Source: Bacteroidota bacterium | GTDB taxonomy: Bacteria; Bacteroidota; Bacteroidia; NS11-12g; UBA955 | Assembly: GCA_947496065.1 (NCBI GenBank) | Contig: CANMBF010000001.1 | Coordinates: 5,443-69,442 of the forward strand | Reading direction: 5' to 3' | Length of the DNA stretch: 64,000 nucleotides | Part shown: piece by piece, positions 34,511 through 43,784 of the stretch | How positions within the stretch are numbered: the stretch's first letter is position 1 | Layout of the letters: each line of letters starts with the position of its first letter | Program-made: the position numbers and the translations under genes | Notes under the pieces: model-generated | Database searches by the model: none | Seen by the model: the letters and a program-made list of their open reading frames with translations, nothing else | Told to the model about the DNA's origin: nothing

Positions 34511-34556
34511 AAAAAAGCCCCGATCCTTGAATAATATCAAAGGTCGGGGCTTTTTA
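34511..34556. terminator. Bidirectional rho-independent terminator between convergent genes
   Basis: AAAAAA, then GCCCCGA(t)CCTT, an 11-nt loop, AAGGTCGGGGC, then TTTTT. Confidence 0.8.
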
Positions 34557-34569
34557 TTGTGAAGGTTAA

Positions 34570-37500
34570 TTATTCGACCTTGCTGAATGATTTAGTTATT
34601 ATACCGCTTTCGGTTTCAATTGAAACGTTGTAAATACCTTTGCTAAAATTCTCTGTATTTAAAATGGTTTCATACGCATTGATTGCTTTTGCAGCATATA
34701 CAATTCTACCAGATATATCATAAACCGCAATGGCAGTAATCAAAGCAGTTGTGGTAATATTGATATTGTTCTTTGCAGGATTAGGGAATAATTTGGTTTC
34801 TGAAGATAATCTTGTAACAGCTATTCCAACAGATTCATCATCTATTAATGTATCTCTATGAATACTATCTTTACTAATTAAAGTGCCATATTGGTTGCCT
34901 CTTATTACCCACTCAATGGTCTCTGGTTGTTCTGTCATTGCATCATCAATCAGTTTTACTTTAATAACGACACTTGGTTGTGATGGTGTTAGATTAAAGG
35001 TGCGGGTTGTTGATGCTGCTTGGTAATCAATATTTCTTGTTGCTGAACCACCTCTAATTACAGCTGAAATTTGCTCTGGACCTGTTAAATTAGTCCCCAA
35101 TAATACAAATCCGTAGGTACTATCTCTGTTTTCAGGTGTATTAGTAGCTAAAGTTTTAAAACTAAAGGTCGGTGAGGTAACAATTAAAATATCTGATAAT
35201 CTTCTTGGTGCAATATGGTAATTGCTGGTATATGGTGAAGTAGCATCTGCTTGTCCACCCAAACCAATTACATTGATAAAGCCATTAGGTGCAGGCGTAC
35301 CATCAATATCTGTTTCGCTATCGATATAAAGTGTGAATGAATCTGTTTGATTAACCAATTTTACTTTAGCAATTGTATTAGCAGCCATTGCAGCACTTGG
35401 CCACTGCGATGGGATGGCCAATTTAAGCACATTCATGCGTATTAGTTTCGATTCAGTAGATTCATCTAATAAGCCCACGGTAGTGGTTTTCTTAAGGGTT
35501 CTACCACTTGCCAACTTAACCAATGAATCGATGGTTTGTAATTGAACCATGCCATTCAGTTGTCCAACAGTTCCAATTACATAAACACTATCACCTTCTG
35601 TCACTGTATAGCCTTTGTTGCCTGAAGAATTAATCACTTGAATTCCGCCAGTCGCATCGATGAGTGTAAATAAGAAACCGTTCGGAGTGCCTGTTGGTTG
35701 TAAATTCACACCATAAACAACACCTCTCAATTTACATTTGGTGTTTATACTGTCAGCAATACCAGTTGCAACTTTATAAGTGGTTACCTTATTGATAGGA
35801 TATTCAATAATATCATCATCTAAAATTGAGATGCGGATGGTATCCGGTTTTCCCACTTTCGCATTTAAGAAAGGGGTTAGAATAAATATACCGGTTTCAG
35901 TCTTTTCGTTTTGACTATCATTCAAAATTGGAATGGTTAAGATAAAGCTGTCTGGGTCGGTAGTGAGTACCGTTTTAATTTGTGTTGTTGGATTGAAAGA
36001 TAAATCTTTGCTTTCAGTTGCAGAAGAAGCACTAGCAACAAATTTAACAGCAATATCACTTTGGTTTTTATTTCTACCAACCAAATTCACTCTTATTTTA
36101 ACGCTACCTGCATTTTCTTTTACAGCAATTGTTTTTTTCGAAAAAGAGAATATTGGTGGTGCATCATCATCGGTTACAACTAAAGTAAACAAAGAGTCTT
36201 TAGTGATTATAGCTGGAAAGGTCGGGCTTCTCAATACGAAGATAATGGTATCATTTCTGTCTTCGGCTAAATTATCATTGATAACGTTCAATTTCAAGTC
36301 GATACTGTCTTTGGTTCTTATACCACCGGCAAATGTAAAAGTGGTATCCTTGTTATTGATACCAAGTTTGAATTCTTTTGGAACCAAAGTACTATCGCTT
36401 TTGTATTTAACATATAATTTTACATCTGTGGCATTTGGCGGACAGATTAACATTTTAACTTTCAATTTTACAGAACCAACTGTTTCACTAACCGTGATTG
36501 TTTTCTTGTCAAAGAAAACAGTTGGAATATCATTATCAATAATATTTACAGTATTGGTTGATTGCGACCCGATCACACTGTTATATGGATTGATTAATTT
36601 GATAGCAATATTTTCACTAGGATCACTAAATGCATCATCTAAAATATTAAGGGTTAAAGTTGTTGAATCAATCTGATCGCCATAAGGCTTAAATCTTAAT
36701 GTTTTGGCAGTATTAATTGTGTAATCGGCGCCAGGCGTTGCATTACCAGAAACAACAAAAAATTCTGCTTTCGATGAGTCGTTATTGCCGTATCTTCTTT
36801 TTACGGATAGTTTTACTGTTACATTTGATTCAGTAACATTGGTAACGTTGGTTAAAAATTGAATTTCAGGTGCAACAAGCGGTGCATAGTCTGACTTAAG
36901 ATAAATTGGTTTTGATCCTCCATGAGGGTTAACAGTACTATCGATTCCCCAAGTTGCATCAAATTCTGTATTTGCATATTCAACTGCAAAATTAGATTTA
37001 GGGTCTTTCACTTCAATTCTTTTGATACCATTTGAGAGTGTATTTGGTATAATTGTTCCCCAAGCGCTTGCAACTGCATTTACCTTAGTAGCATAAAAAT
37101 TGGGCATTTTTGTAATTACATTGCCATCATTTTCAAGATAAGCAATAGAAATAGGTCTTCTAGTACTGCCAATTGCATCATCATATAAAAGAACTAGGTT
37201 TTTACTTTTAGCAAATGAATTTCCATAAATAGCTGTTCCATTGCTGCTTCCAGCGGCTTTATTGTAGGTTAAAACCTGCACAGAATCTCTTAAATAGAAT
37301 TTTTGTGTAGGTTGAATTAAGGAATCAACTTCTTGTAAAACTACCATTGGATAAACGTATTTACCAGCCGTGAAACGCACATCGTTGTTAGTTATTGCTC
37401 CAAACCAACCCACAAACTCCCCTGTGAAATCTATTGTTAAAGTATCGTGATTACCAGGTATAAATCCTGGGGTAGCAGTATATCCAATTGAGCCATTTGC

Positions 37501-38943
37501 TTTTACAAATATATTTCCACCCGCTCCGGTTGCAGATGTACTGCTTGTATCGGCTATGTTGATATAAGAAACATAGTATTTAAATTTAGTACCAGGGCTA
37601 AATCCTGAAACACGTGCTTGAAATAATACCGGTGTTCTGGTAGTATCGCCAGAAGCACAATAGGCAGGAATTTTAATGCCGTTTAAAAATATACTTATCT
37701 TTGGTTTTTTGGGATCAAGAATATTTGAGGTATGGGTTGAATTTGCTCCCGAAATCGAATTTACTAATTTAGCTAACTTAATATTTATTGATTCCGTTGG
37801 TTCATCAATATTATCATTCAAAATAGTAACATAGACTGTATCTGTTGCAAAACCATAGGGTTTAAACGTGATCTTCTTTGTTGTGTCTATTTTAAAATCC
37901 GCTCCATAGGTGGCAGTTGAGGCCATTATTGAAATTGATACTTTTGAAGAATCTGCATTTCCATATTTTCTTGATACCACAACTTTAGAGATAAATGCAC
38001 CTTCATTTATATTGATTTTAGTTCTCGAAAATTCAATTTCAGGAGCTACTAGTGGCGCTATATCTGGTCGAATAAAAATTGGCTTAAAGCCTCCTCTTTG
38101 ATTAATTGTACTATCATTTCCCCAAGTAGCATCAATTTCTTTATTTGCATAAGCAATTGCATTGCCACCAAAAGGCTTTTTTGTTTCAATTCTTTTTATA
38201 CCATTTGCTAGAGCATTTGGAATAATGGTTCCCCATGCGCCTGCCTTAGCGTTAACTTTATTTCTATAAAAGTAAGGATTATCGTTGATTGAATTTCCAT
38301 CACTTTCGGCAAAGGTTATACTAATCGGACGTTTGCTAGAACCAGAAGTATCATCGTAAAGTAAAACAATGTTTTTTCCAGCAGTGTAGGAGTTACCATA
38401 AATGGCTGAACCGTTATTACCAGCAGGATTTGCTGCATAAAGTAAAACCTTTATAGAATCTTTTAAATAATATTTTTGAGTTGGAGGTGTTCCACTTTTA
38501 ACTTCTTGCAAAACAATCATTGGATATACATATTTACCAGACGAGAACCTATTATCATTGGTATTCAGTGCCCCAAACCATCCTGCAAAGGCACCACCAG
38601 AACTCATAGTAAGGGTATCATGATTACCGGCAGTGAAGCCTGGTGTTTTGCTGTAAACTACATTACCGTCTGTTCTAAACAACAAATCATTTCCCACACC
38701 AGTTGCTGCAGCATTACTTGTATCCGCTAAAGAAATAAACATTACATAATATTTATATTTTGCGCTTGCAGTAAAACCTGTTAATTGTGCTTGAAATAAG
38801 ATAGGTGTTCTAGTTGTATCGCCAGAGGCGCAATAACCAGGTACCTTTAAACCTGTTACATTAGAAGAACTGACTGGTTTTTGGGCCCTTATAATCATCG
38901 TAAAAGCTACCAAATAAATAAGCAGTAAGATTGTTTTTTTCAT
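34570..38943 (-). CDS. Large T9SS-secreted surface protein with a duplicated N-terminal module, multiple Calx-beta-like domains, an OB-fold-like domain and a type-A CTD
   Basis: 1457 aa with a signal peptide ...IIRAQ. Two ~380-aa paralogous modules each start at (V/I)P(G/A)YCASGDTTRTP. Calx-beta-like blocks are present (GADF.I......F.P......V.V.I..D...E..E.....L). The CTD is KLFPNPAKNNINI...GIYNVSIETESG.ITKSFSKVE. Confidence 0.8.
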   Translation of the reverse strand: MKKTILLLIYLVAFTMIIRAQKPVSSSNVTGLKVPGYCASGDTTRTPILFQAQLTGFTASAKYKYYVMFISLADTSNAAATGVGNDLLFRTDGNVVYSKTPGFTAGNHDTLTMSSGGAFAGWFGALNTNDNRFSSGKYVYPMIVLQEVKSGTPPTQKYYLKDSIKVLLYAANPAGNNGSAIYGNSYTAGKNIVLLYDDTSGSSKRPISITFAESDGNSINDNPYFYRNKVNAKAGAWGTIIPNALANGIKRIETKKPFGGNAIAYANKEIDATWGNDSTINQRGGFKPIFIRPDIAPLVAPEIEFSRTKININEGAFISKVVVSRKYGNADSSKVSISIMASTATYGADFKIDTTKKITFKPYGFATDTVYVTILNDNIDEPTESINIKLAKLVNSISGANSTHTSNILDPKKPKISIFLNGIKIPAYCASGDTTRTPVLFQARVSGFSPGTKFKYYVSYINIADTSSTSATGAGGNIFVKANGSIGYTATPGFIPGNHDTLTIDFTGEFVGWFGAITNNDVRFTAGKYVYPMVVLQEVDSLIQPTQKFYLRDSVQVLTYNKAAGSSNGTAIYGNSFAKSKNLVLLYDDAIGSTRRPISIAYLENDGNVITKMPNFYATKVNAVASAWGTIIPNTLSNGIKRIEVKDPKSNFAVEYANTEFDATWGIDSTVNPHGGSKPIYLKSDYAPLVAPEIQFLTNVTNVTESNVTVKLSVKRRYGNNDSSKAEFFVVSGNATPGADYTINTAKTLRFKPYGDQIDSTTLTLNILDDAFSDPSENIAIKLINPYNSVIGSQSTNTVNIIDNDIPTVFFDKKTITVSETVGSVKLKVKMLICPPNATDVKLYVKYKSDSTLVPKEFKLGINNKDTTFTFAGGIRTKDSIDLKLNVINDNLAEDRNDTIIFVLRSPTFPAIITKDSLFTLVVTDDDAPPIFSFSKKTIAVKENAGSVKIRVNLVGRNKNQSDIAVKFVASASSATESKDLSFNPTTQIKTVLTTDPDSFILTIPILNDSQNEKTETGIFILTPFLNAKVGKPDTIRISILDDDIIEYPINKVTTYKVATGIADSINTKCKLRGVVYGVNLQPTGTPNGFLFTLIDATGGIQVINSSGNKGYTVTEGDSVYVIGTVGQLNGMVQLQTIDSLVKLASGRTLKKTTTVGLLDESTESKLIRMNVLKLAIPSQWPSAAMAANTIAKVKLVNQTDSFTLYIDSETDIDGTPAPNGFINVIGLGGQADATSPYTSNYHIAPRRLSDILIVTSPTFSFKTLATNTPENRDSTYGFVLLGTNLTGPEQISAVIRGGSATRNIDYQAASTTRTFNLTPSQPSVVIKVKLIDDAMTEQPETIEWVIRGNQYGTLISKDSIHRDTLIDDESVGIAVTRLSSETKLFPNPAKNNINITTTALITAIAVYDISGRIVYAAKAINAYETILNTENFSKGIYNVSIETESGIITKSFSKVE
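36535..38844 (-). repeat. Intragenic tandem duplication (two ~1.13-kb units: 37714-38844 and 36535-37671)
   Basis: Protein residues 34-410 and 425-803 align colinearly. By eye, at least half the positions are identical, including YCASGDTTRTP, GNHDTLT, GWFGA, GKYVYPM.VLQEV, LLYDD, RPISI, WGTIIPN, NGIKRIE, DATWG, and APLVAPEI. Confidence 0.8.
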
Positions 38944-38972
38944 TTTCGTATTCGGATAAGTATTGTAAAATA

Positions 38973-38980
38973 CAAATTTA
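38973..38980 (-). promoter_or_regulatory. -7 promoter box TAAATTTG upstream of the large adhesin gene
   Basis: Exact TAnnTTTG on the minus strand, 29 nt upstream of ATG 38943. Confidence 0.5.
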
Positions 38981-39019
38981 TACTTTTTTTTGAATTAAAT
39001 TTATACTTTTTTTTGAATT
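38974..39019. repeat. Perfect 23-bp tandem duplication (AAATTTATACTTTTTTTTGAATT x2)
   Basis: Copies at 38974-38996 and 38997-39019 are identical. The array fills the gap between the comF stop and the adhesin promoter, and the proximal copy overlaps the -7 box. Confidence 0.9.
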
Positions 39020-39712
39020 TTAATTAATTGCAAAACAGATGCTTAAGATACTTAAATCAGTATATTTATTTTTAAGTATAACCTTGCCACAAGCTTCCAT
39101 GGTTGCACCTGTGGTTATTACATCATCAATTAAAACAATGTGTTTATTTTCAATATCAATGCTTGAATTGAGTACAAATTTGTTTTCAATATTTTCCCAT
39201 CGGGTGTACCTTCTTTTTTTTGTTTGGGTTTCTGAAGCCTCAATTCTTTTAATTAAATTTGGTATAAATGGAATGCTTGTAGCCTTTGAAAATCCTTTTG
39301 CAATTTCATCGCTTTGGTTGTACCCCCTTTCTTTAATTTTCTTAGCATGGAGTGGCACTGTGGTTATGAAGTCTGCCTTTATTTCTAAAATTTTGTCTTT
39401 TATTTCTTGTCCATACAGATAGCCAAGATGATACCCTATTTCGAAGCGCCCTTTGTATTTCAATTGATGAATTAAGCGTTGCGTTAATCCTGTTTTTCTA
39501 AAATATAAAAAAGAGGAAGCATGTTTTATTTGGAGTCTTCCCCAAAATAATTTTTCAATAGGGTTTTCGGGCTTTAATTCAAATTCAGTTCTCGGAAGTT
39601 TGATATGACAATTTAAGCATATAATCGATTCACCATTTAATAAGGGCGTTCCACATCCATTGCAGATTCTTGGATAAAAGAGTTCAATAATGGATTGGAA
39701 ATAAGCATTCAT
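39020..39712 (-). CDS. comF: ComF-family protein (phosphoribosyltransferase domain)
   Basis: 230 aa. It has an N-terminal 4-Cys cluster C..C......C..C and the C-terminal PRPP-binding motif IVLIDDVITTGATM. Confidence 0.8.
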   Translation of the reverse strand: MNAYFQSIIELFYPRICNGCGTPLLNGESIICLNCHIKLPRTEFELKPENPIEKLFWGRLQIKHASSFLYFRKTGLTQRLIHQLKYKGRFEIGYHLGYLYGQEIKDKILEIKADFITTVPLHAKKIKERGYNQSDEIAKGFSKATSIPFIPNLIKRIEASETQTKKRRYTRWENIENKFVLNSSIDIENKHIVLIDDVITTGATMEACGKVILKNKYTDLSILSICFAIN

Positions 39713-39713
39713 T

Positions 39714-40574
39714 TTATTCTAACAGCCGAAACATCGCACCAATCCAATTCTTTTTTAGTTTTTTTGATATAAATTCAAGCTTGTGCTTTTCACATTCAGT
39801 TTTAATATCCTCAAAATCTTCGAGATAAAACCCACTTAACAGCAAAATAGAATTAGGTTTCATCGATTTAACATAATATTTAATGTCTGCCAATAAAATA
39901 TGTCTATTTATATTTGCTATAAAGATATCGAATTGGTTCGGATAAGCCTTTAATAATCCCGCATCTCCTAAACGCATTTCGAAGTTTTCAATCTTATTCA
40001 ACACTAAATTTTCTTGTGCATTTTCATAACACCAACTATCATTATCAATACCAAGAATAGATTTAGCATTCAGCATAGAGGCTAATATCCCTAAAATACC
40101 AGTGCCTGTGCCCATATCAATCACCGTTTTATCTTTTAAATCGATTTCTAAAAGATACTCCACCATCATGCTTGTTGTCTCATGATGGCCAGTTCCGAAG
40201 CTCATTTTTGGATCAATTATAATTTGATATTTTGCTTCAAGATTGGTGGTATGAAAACTACTTTTTATTAAACATTGGTCGCCTATAATAATGGGTTGAA
40301 AATAATTTTTTTCCCATTCCTCATTCCAATTTTTGGGTTTAATTATTTCAATTATATAATCATCATAGCAAAGATTTTTTTCAATTAATTCTGTCACCAA
40401 AACTTTAATCTCTTCAACTGAAATTTCATTCTCTGCCCTGTATGCTTTTATGCTTTCGTCTTCTGCAGATCCTTCAAAACCAAATTCACCTAAATATGCT
40501 GAAATAATCTCTATATTTTCGTCAATGGGTTCGCAAGCTGTTAGGCTTAATTCATAATAATTCAATAATTGCAT
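39714..40574 (-). CDS. prmA: Ribosomal protein L11 methyltransferase
   Basis: 286 aa. It has IIDPKMSFGTGHHETT, the SAM motif DMGTGTGILGI, and NI....LL. Confidence 0.85.
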   Translation of the reverse strand: MQLLNYYELSLTACEPIDENIEIISAYLGEFGFEGSAEDESIKAYRAENEISVEEIKVLVTELIEKNLCYDDYIIEIIKPKNWNEEWEKNYFQPIIIGDQCLIKSSFHTTNLEAKYQIIIDPKMSFGTGHHETTSMMVEYLLEIDLKDKTVIDMGTGTGILGILASMLNAKSILGIDNDSWCYENAQENLVLNKIENFEMRLGDAGLLKAYPNQFDIFIANINRHILLADIKYYVKSMKPNSILLLSGFYLEDFEDIKTECEKHKLEFISKKLKKNWIGAMFRLLE

Positions 40575-40576
40575 TG

Positions 40577-41848
40577 TTAATTTTTAAAGGATTGTAAAAT
40601 ACTGCCAAACTGATAAATATCTTCGAAAGAGTTATAGAGCGGAACTGTTGCCATTCGAATAACATTTGGATTTCGCCAATCGGCAATCACACCATTTTTT
40701 GTCAAATGATCAAATAACCCTTTGCCATTTTCATTTGTTAGCAAGCTCAATTGACACCCTCTTTCGGGAGCAGCTGGCGTAATTATTTGTAGTACAAGTT
40801 CGGAATTAATTTTCATGGCTTCTAAAATGACAAACTCTAGATATGCATTCAATTCTTTGCCCTTTTTTACTAAGTTGTCAATTCCTGCATCTGCGAATAT
40901 TTCAAGTGATGCTTTATGAACCGCCATACTAAATACTGGCGCATTGCTTAATTGCCAGCCAGCAGCGCCATATTCAGGCTCAAAGCCCTTTAACATTTTA
41001 AATCTATCCTTTTCATTATGACCCCACCAACCCGCTAATCTGGGTAAAGTAGAATCATTCGCATATTTTTCATTGATGTAAACACCACCAACACTTCCAG
41101 GTCCAGAATTTAAATATTTATAACTGCACCATGCTGCAAAATCTACACTCCATTCATTTAATTTTAATTCAATATTACCTGCAGCATGGGCTAAATCAAA
41201 ACCAGCAATAGCCCCACATTGGTGGGCCTTTTCTGTAATTGCCTTGATATTAAAAACTTGACCTGTATAATATTGTACACCACTAAAGAAAACCAATGCT
41301 AGCTCATCTTTGTGCATTTCAATCATCGCTTCAATATCATTTTGCCTTAAATTGCTTTCATTTTCTCTTGGTTTGATTTCAATGATACTTTCATCTGGAT
41401 TGAATCCATGTAATTTAACTTGAGATTCAACCATGTACATATCACTTGGAAATGCCGCAACCTCCATGATAATTTTATGGCGTTTTGGCGTTGGGCGATA
41501 GAAACTAATAAATAACAAATGTAGATTGGTGGTAAGTTGGTTCATGACAACAACTTCATGTTCTTTTGCTCCAACAATTAAAGCCGAATTTTTTGTTAAA
41601 AAATGGTGGTAACTAAACCAAGGATTCTTGCCATGAAAATGGCCTTCTACGCCAAGGTTTTTCCAATCTTCTAGCTCTTGAGTTATGGCTTGTGGCACTG
41701 ATTTCGGCTGCAATCCCAATGAATTGCCAGTGAAATAAATGGATGGTTTACCATTTACTTCAGGAATAAAAAACTGATCTCTATATTTTCTTAATGAATC
41801 TTTTGAATCGCACTGTTGAGCAAACGACAAATTATTTTCAAATTGCAT
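40577..41848 (-). CDS. kynU: Kynureninase
   Basis: 423 aa. It has IYF.GNSLG.QPK, WCSYKYLN.GPG (the PLP lysine region), GW.GH, and the ending R..P.PLYNSF.D. Confidence 0.88.
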   Translation of the reverse strand: MQFENNLSFAQQCDSKDSLRKYRDQFFIPEVNGKPSIYFTGNSLGLQPKSVPQAITQELEDWKNLGVEGHFHGKNPWFSYHHFLTKNSALIVGAKEHEVVVMNQLTTNLHLLFISFYRPTPKRHKIIMEVAAFPSDMYMVESQVKLHGFNPDESIIEIKPRENESNLRQNDIEAMIEMHKDELALVFFSGVQYYTGQVFNIKAITEKAHQCGAIAGFDLAHAAGNIELKLNEWSVDFAAWCSYKYLNSGPGSVGGVYINEKYANDSTLPRLAGWWGHNEKDRFKMLKGFEPEYGAAGWQLSNAPVFSMAVHKASLEIFADAGIDNLVKKGKELNAYLEFVILEAMKINSELVLQIITPAAPERGCQLSLLTNENGKGLFDHLTKNGVIADWRNPNVIRMATVPLYNSFEDIYQFGSILQSFKN

Positions 41849-41852
41849 ATGG

Positions 41853-41860
41853 CAAAGGTA
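41853..41860 (-). promoter_or_regulatory. -7 promoter box TACCTTTG, 4 nt upstream of the kynU ATG
   Basis: The minus strand reads TACCTTTG-ccat-ATG and lies in the 13-nt gap after the upstream stop. Confidence 0.45.
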
Positions 41861-41861
41861 A

Positions 41862-43337
41862 CTAGTGTTGTTTAAGCTTCCAAAGAATTACATTTTTTCC
41901 ATATTTTGCCTTCACACTGTCTAATTTTTCATAGTTTCCATAGTAAAGATTCTTATCAGGGATATGCCAATACATATAGGATGAGCTTTGTTCTGTAATT
42001 AAATACGTTGGCTTATTGCCACTAAGTTCCTTATAGATTCTATTTCGATTGATCAATCCATTTTCACTATCCCCAAAGTGCGCAGCCACCGGCACAGGCA
42101 AAAAAGTAGGGAAAAGTTTATCCCCTTTTACATAATATCCGCTGGCGTCTACCAAGTCAATAAACAGAGTTGCATTTTTATCTCTAAGTAAAATTTGTGA
42201 AACCTTATCCGGTTCATAATAATGAATGGCCAATTTAAAATTTAATGTTTCTGTAGAACTAATTTTGTAAATAGTATAAAATAAAACGATGCCAATTAGA
42301 AGGTTGCTATTTGGATAAACCGTCTGACCTTGTTTAAAAAGCAAAATAAAAGATACAAAAAACACTGTAATAAAAGGAATGAAATAGTGATTAAAAATAT
42401 GGGGTGAAATTATTACAAACAAAATAGCAGTGATCAAAAGACCGATATTTAACAAGACATTTGGCCTCTCAACCTTGTTATTGATGCCTCTCAAAATATT
42501 GAATAAAATACTTAAAAATATAAACTTAAGCGGTGTAATAATATGATGCCATAAATGTTCTAGTTGTGCCTTTTTAGTTACAGATCCCTCAATGGATTCT
42601 GTAAAATTAAAATTATACCGAATCATCTTAAAAAATGCTAGTAAGGACCCATTAAACAACAAAAGAAATATAAATAAAAGAGTAGGTAAAGCAGTACTTA
42701 AAAGTACATACCCTCTAACCTTTGTAGACCTATTGTTGTATAAAATAAATATATAAATGGGAATTGTTATCAATAAAAATGGCTCCTTAAACCAAAACGT
42801 AAAACCAATTAAAATACTCGCTATGTATAAGTGATTAAGTTTTTTAGTTTGATTAAATTTAACTAAGAAACACAGGCTCCAAACGATAAAAACTGATCCA
42901 AATATTTCCGTGTACATGGCATAGCCGATGGTTTTATCATTCACTGTAAACAAAGAAAATAGCGCTATTAATAGGATAGAAATAAATAACGATTTACTGA
43001 GATTATAAACAAGCGTATACAATCCGCTTACCAAAGTCATTAAACCTATCATTGCCAAAAAATACATGGCTATAATTTTATTGGGTATTACTGCAAATAA
43101 AAATTCTAGAAAGTAGATTACGCCTGGGGGCTTGTTTTCCCATGCGGTTTGATAAAGGCTGCCACCGTTGATATCCTTCATAGCTACAGCAGCAAAAATG
43201 CCGCCATCCGTATCAATATCTCCCATTTCAAGGTAGCCCCAAAGGCAACCCAATGCTAGCATAATGGACGTAATGAGGCCAAAAATAAAGTCGACTTTAC
43301 TATTTTTAGAAGTGTTTATAAAGGATTGTATTTGCAA
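41862..43337 (-). CDS. Polytopic membrane glycosyltransferase, GT39/ArnT-like (tentative)
   Basis: 491 aa, which I estimate has more than 10 TM segments. The extracytoplasmic loop WENKPPGVIYF resembles the DxD/KPP loop of ArnT/PMT enzymes. The annotated start overlaps the upstream gene by 32 nt, so a later start is possible. Confidence 0.5.
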   Translation of the reverse strand: MQIQSFINTSKNSKVDFIFGLITSIMLALGCLWGYLEMGDIDTDGGIFAAVAMKDINGGSLYQTAWENKPPGVIYFLEFLFAVIPNKIIAMYFLAMIGLMTLVSGLYTLVYNLSKSLFISILLIALFSLFTVNDKTIGYAMYTEIFGSVFIVWSLCFLVKFNQTKKLNHLYIASILIGFTFWFKEPFLLITIPIYIFILYNNRSTKVRGYVLLSTALPTLLFIFLLLFNGSLLAFFKMIRYNFNFTESIEGSVTKKAQLEHLWHHIITPLKFIFLSILFNILRGINNKVERPNVLLNIGLLITAILFVIISPHIFNHYFIPFITVFFVSFILLFKQGQTVYPNSNLLIGIVLFYTIYKISSTETLNFKLAIHYYEPDKVSQILLRDKNATLFIDLVDASGYYVKGDKLFPTFLPVPVAAHFGDSENGLINRNRIYKELSGNKPTYLITEQSSSYMYWHIPDKNLYYGNYEKLDSVKAKYGKNVILWKLKQH

Positions 43338-43782
43338 CTTGGCTGGTAACTTTATTTAGCAAAGTAAAGACATTTTCGAAACCTTTCATATCACCAAAAT
43401 AGGGATCTGGAATGTTTTGAGAAATATAATCCTCCGATAAATCTGATAAAAGGAAGATTTTTTTACTTCCTACTTCATTCATAGTAAGTAAATCTCTCAT
43501 ATTCTGGTCATCCATGGCCAATATGTAGTCAAATTTCAAGAAATCTTCCTCTAAAATTTGCCTAGCCCTGTGGGTAATTGATAAGCCATTCGCTTCTGCT
43601 GTTTGCCTCATTCGCTTATCGGCTAATTCACCTTGATGCCAACCCCCGGTACCACAAGAATCCAAATAAAAAAAAGATGCTTTCCCTAATAATTTTAAAT
43701 GGTGTTCAAATAATATTTCGGCGACAGGGCTTCTACAAATATTACCAAGACGAACAAATAAAACTTTTATCTTTTCTTCCAT
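43306..43782 (-). CDS. Low-molecular-weight protein-tyrosine-phosphatase homologue with Arg in place of the catalytic Cys
   Basis: 158 aa. It reads VLFVRLGNICRSPVAE where the family signature is V-C-x-G-N-x-C-R-S. The DPYFG acid loop is present. Confidence 0.75.
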   Translation of the reverse strand: MEEKIKVLFVRLGNICRSPVAEILFEHHLKLLGKASFFYLDSCGTGGWHQGELADKRMRQTAEANGLSITHRARQILEEDFLKFDYILAMDDQNMRDLLTMNEVGSKKIFLLSDLSEDYISQNIPDPYFGDMKGFENVFTLLNKVTSQVANTILYKHF

Positions 43783-43784
43783 TT

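Noticed and set aside
35933-36676. A 247-aa plus-strand ORF, together with many other antisense track ORFs: 1814-2023, 4479-4700, 4760-4972, 5621-5833, 6446-6721, 10263-10499, 17762-18043, 18167-18415, 20384-20575, 20934-21185, 21631-21825, 22951-23203, 23414-23890, 25728-25979, 31195-31692, 32199-32405, 37910-38101, 38476-38730, 39039-39422, 46598-47581, 50852-51088, 51860-52267, 52759-52991, 54312-54629, 55350-55556, 58600-59205, 61941-62186
   Set aside because: Each lies entirely inside, and antisense to, a long ORF with clear family motifs. Their translations are low-complexity (Ser/Leu/Ile/Phe-rich) shadows of the kind expected in AT-rich DNA, and none has a recognisable motif.
41862-43337. 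A 32-nt overlap between the GT39-like gene and the upstream phosphatase gene, considered as evidence of a frameshift or pseudogene
   Set aside because: Both frames are intact over their full lengths. An internal Met (residue 26) or simply an overlapping start explains the overlap, and I saw no disrupted motif.
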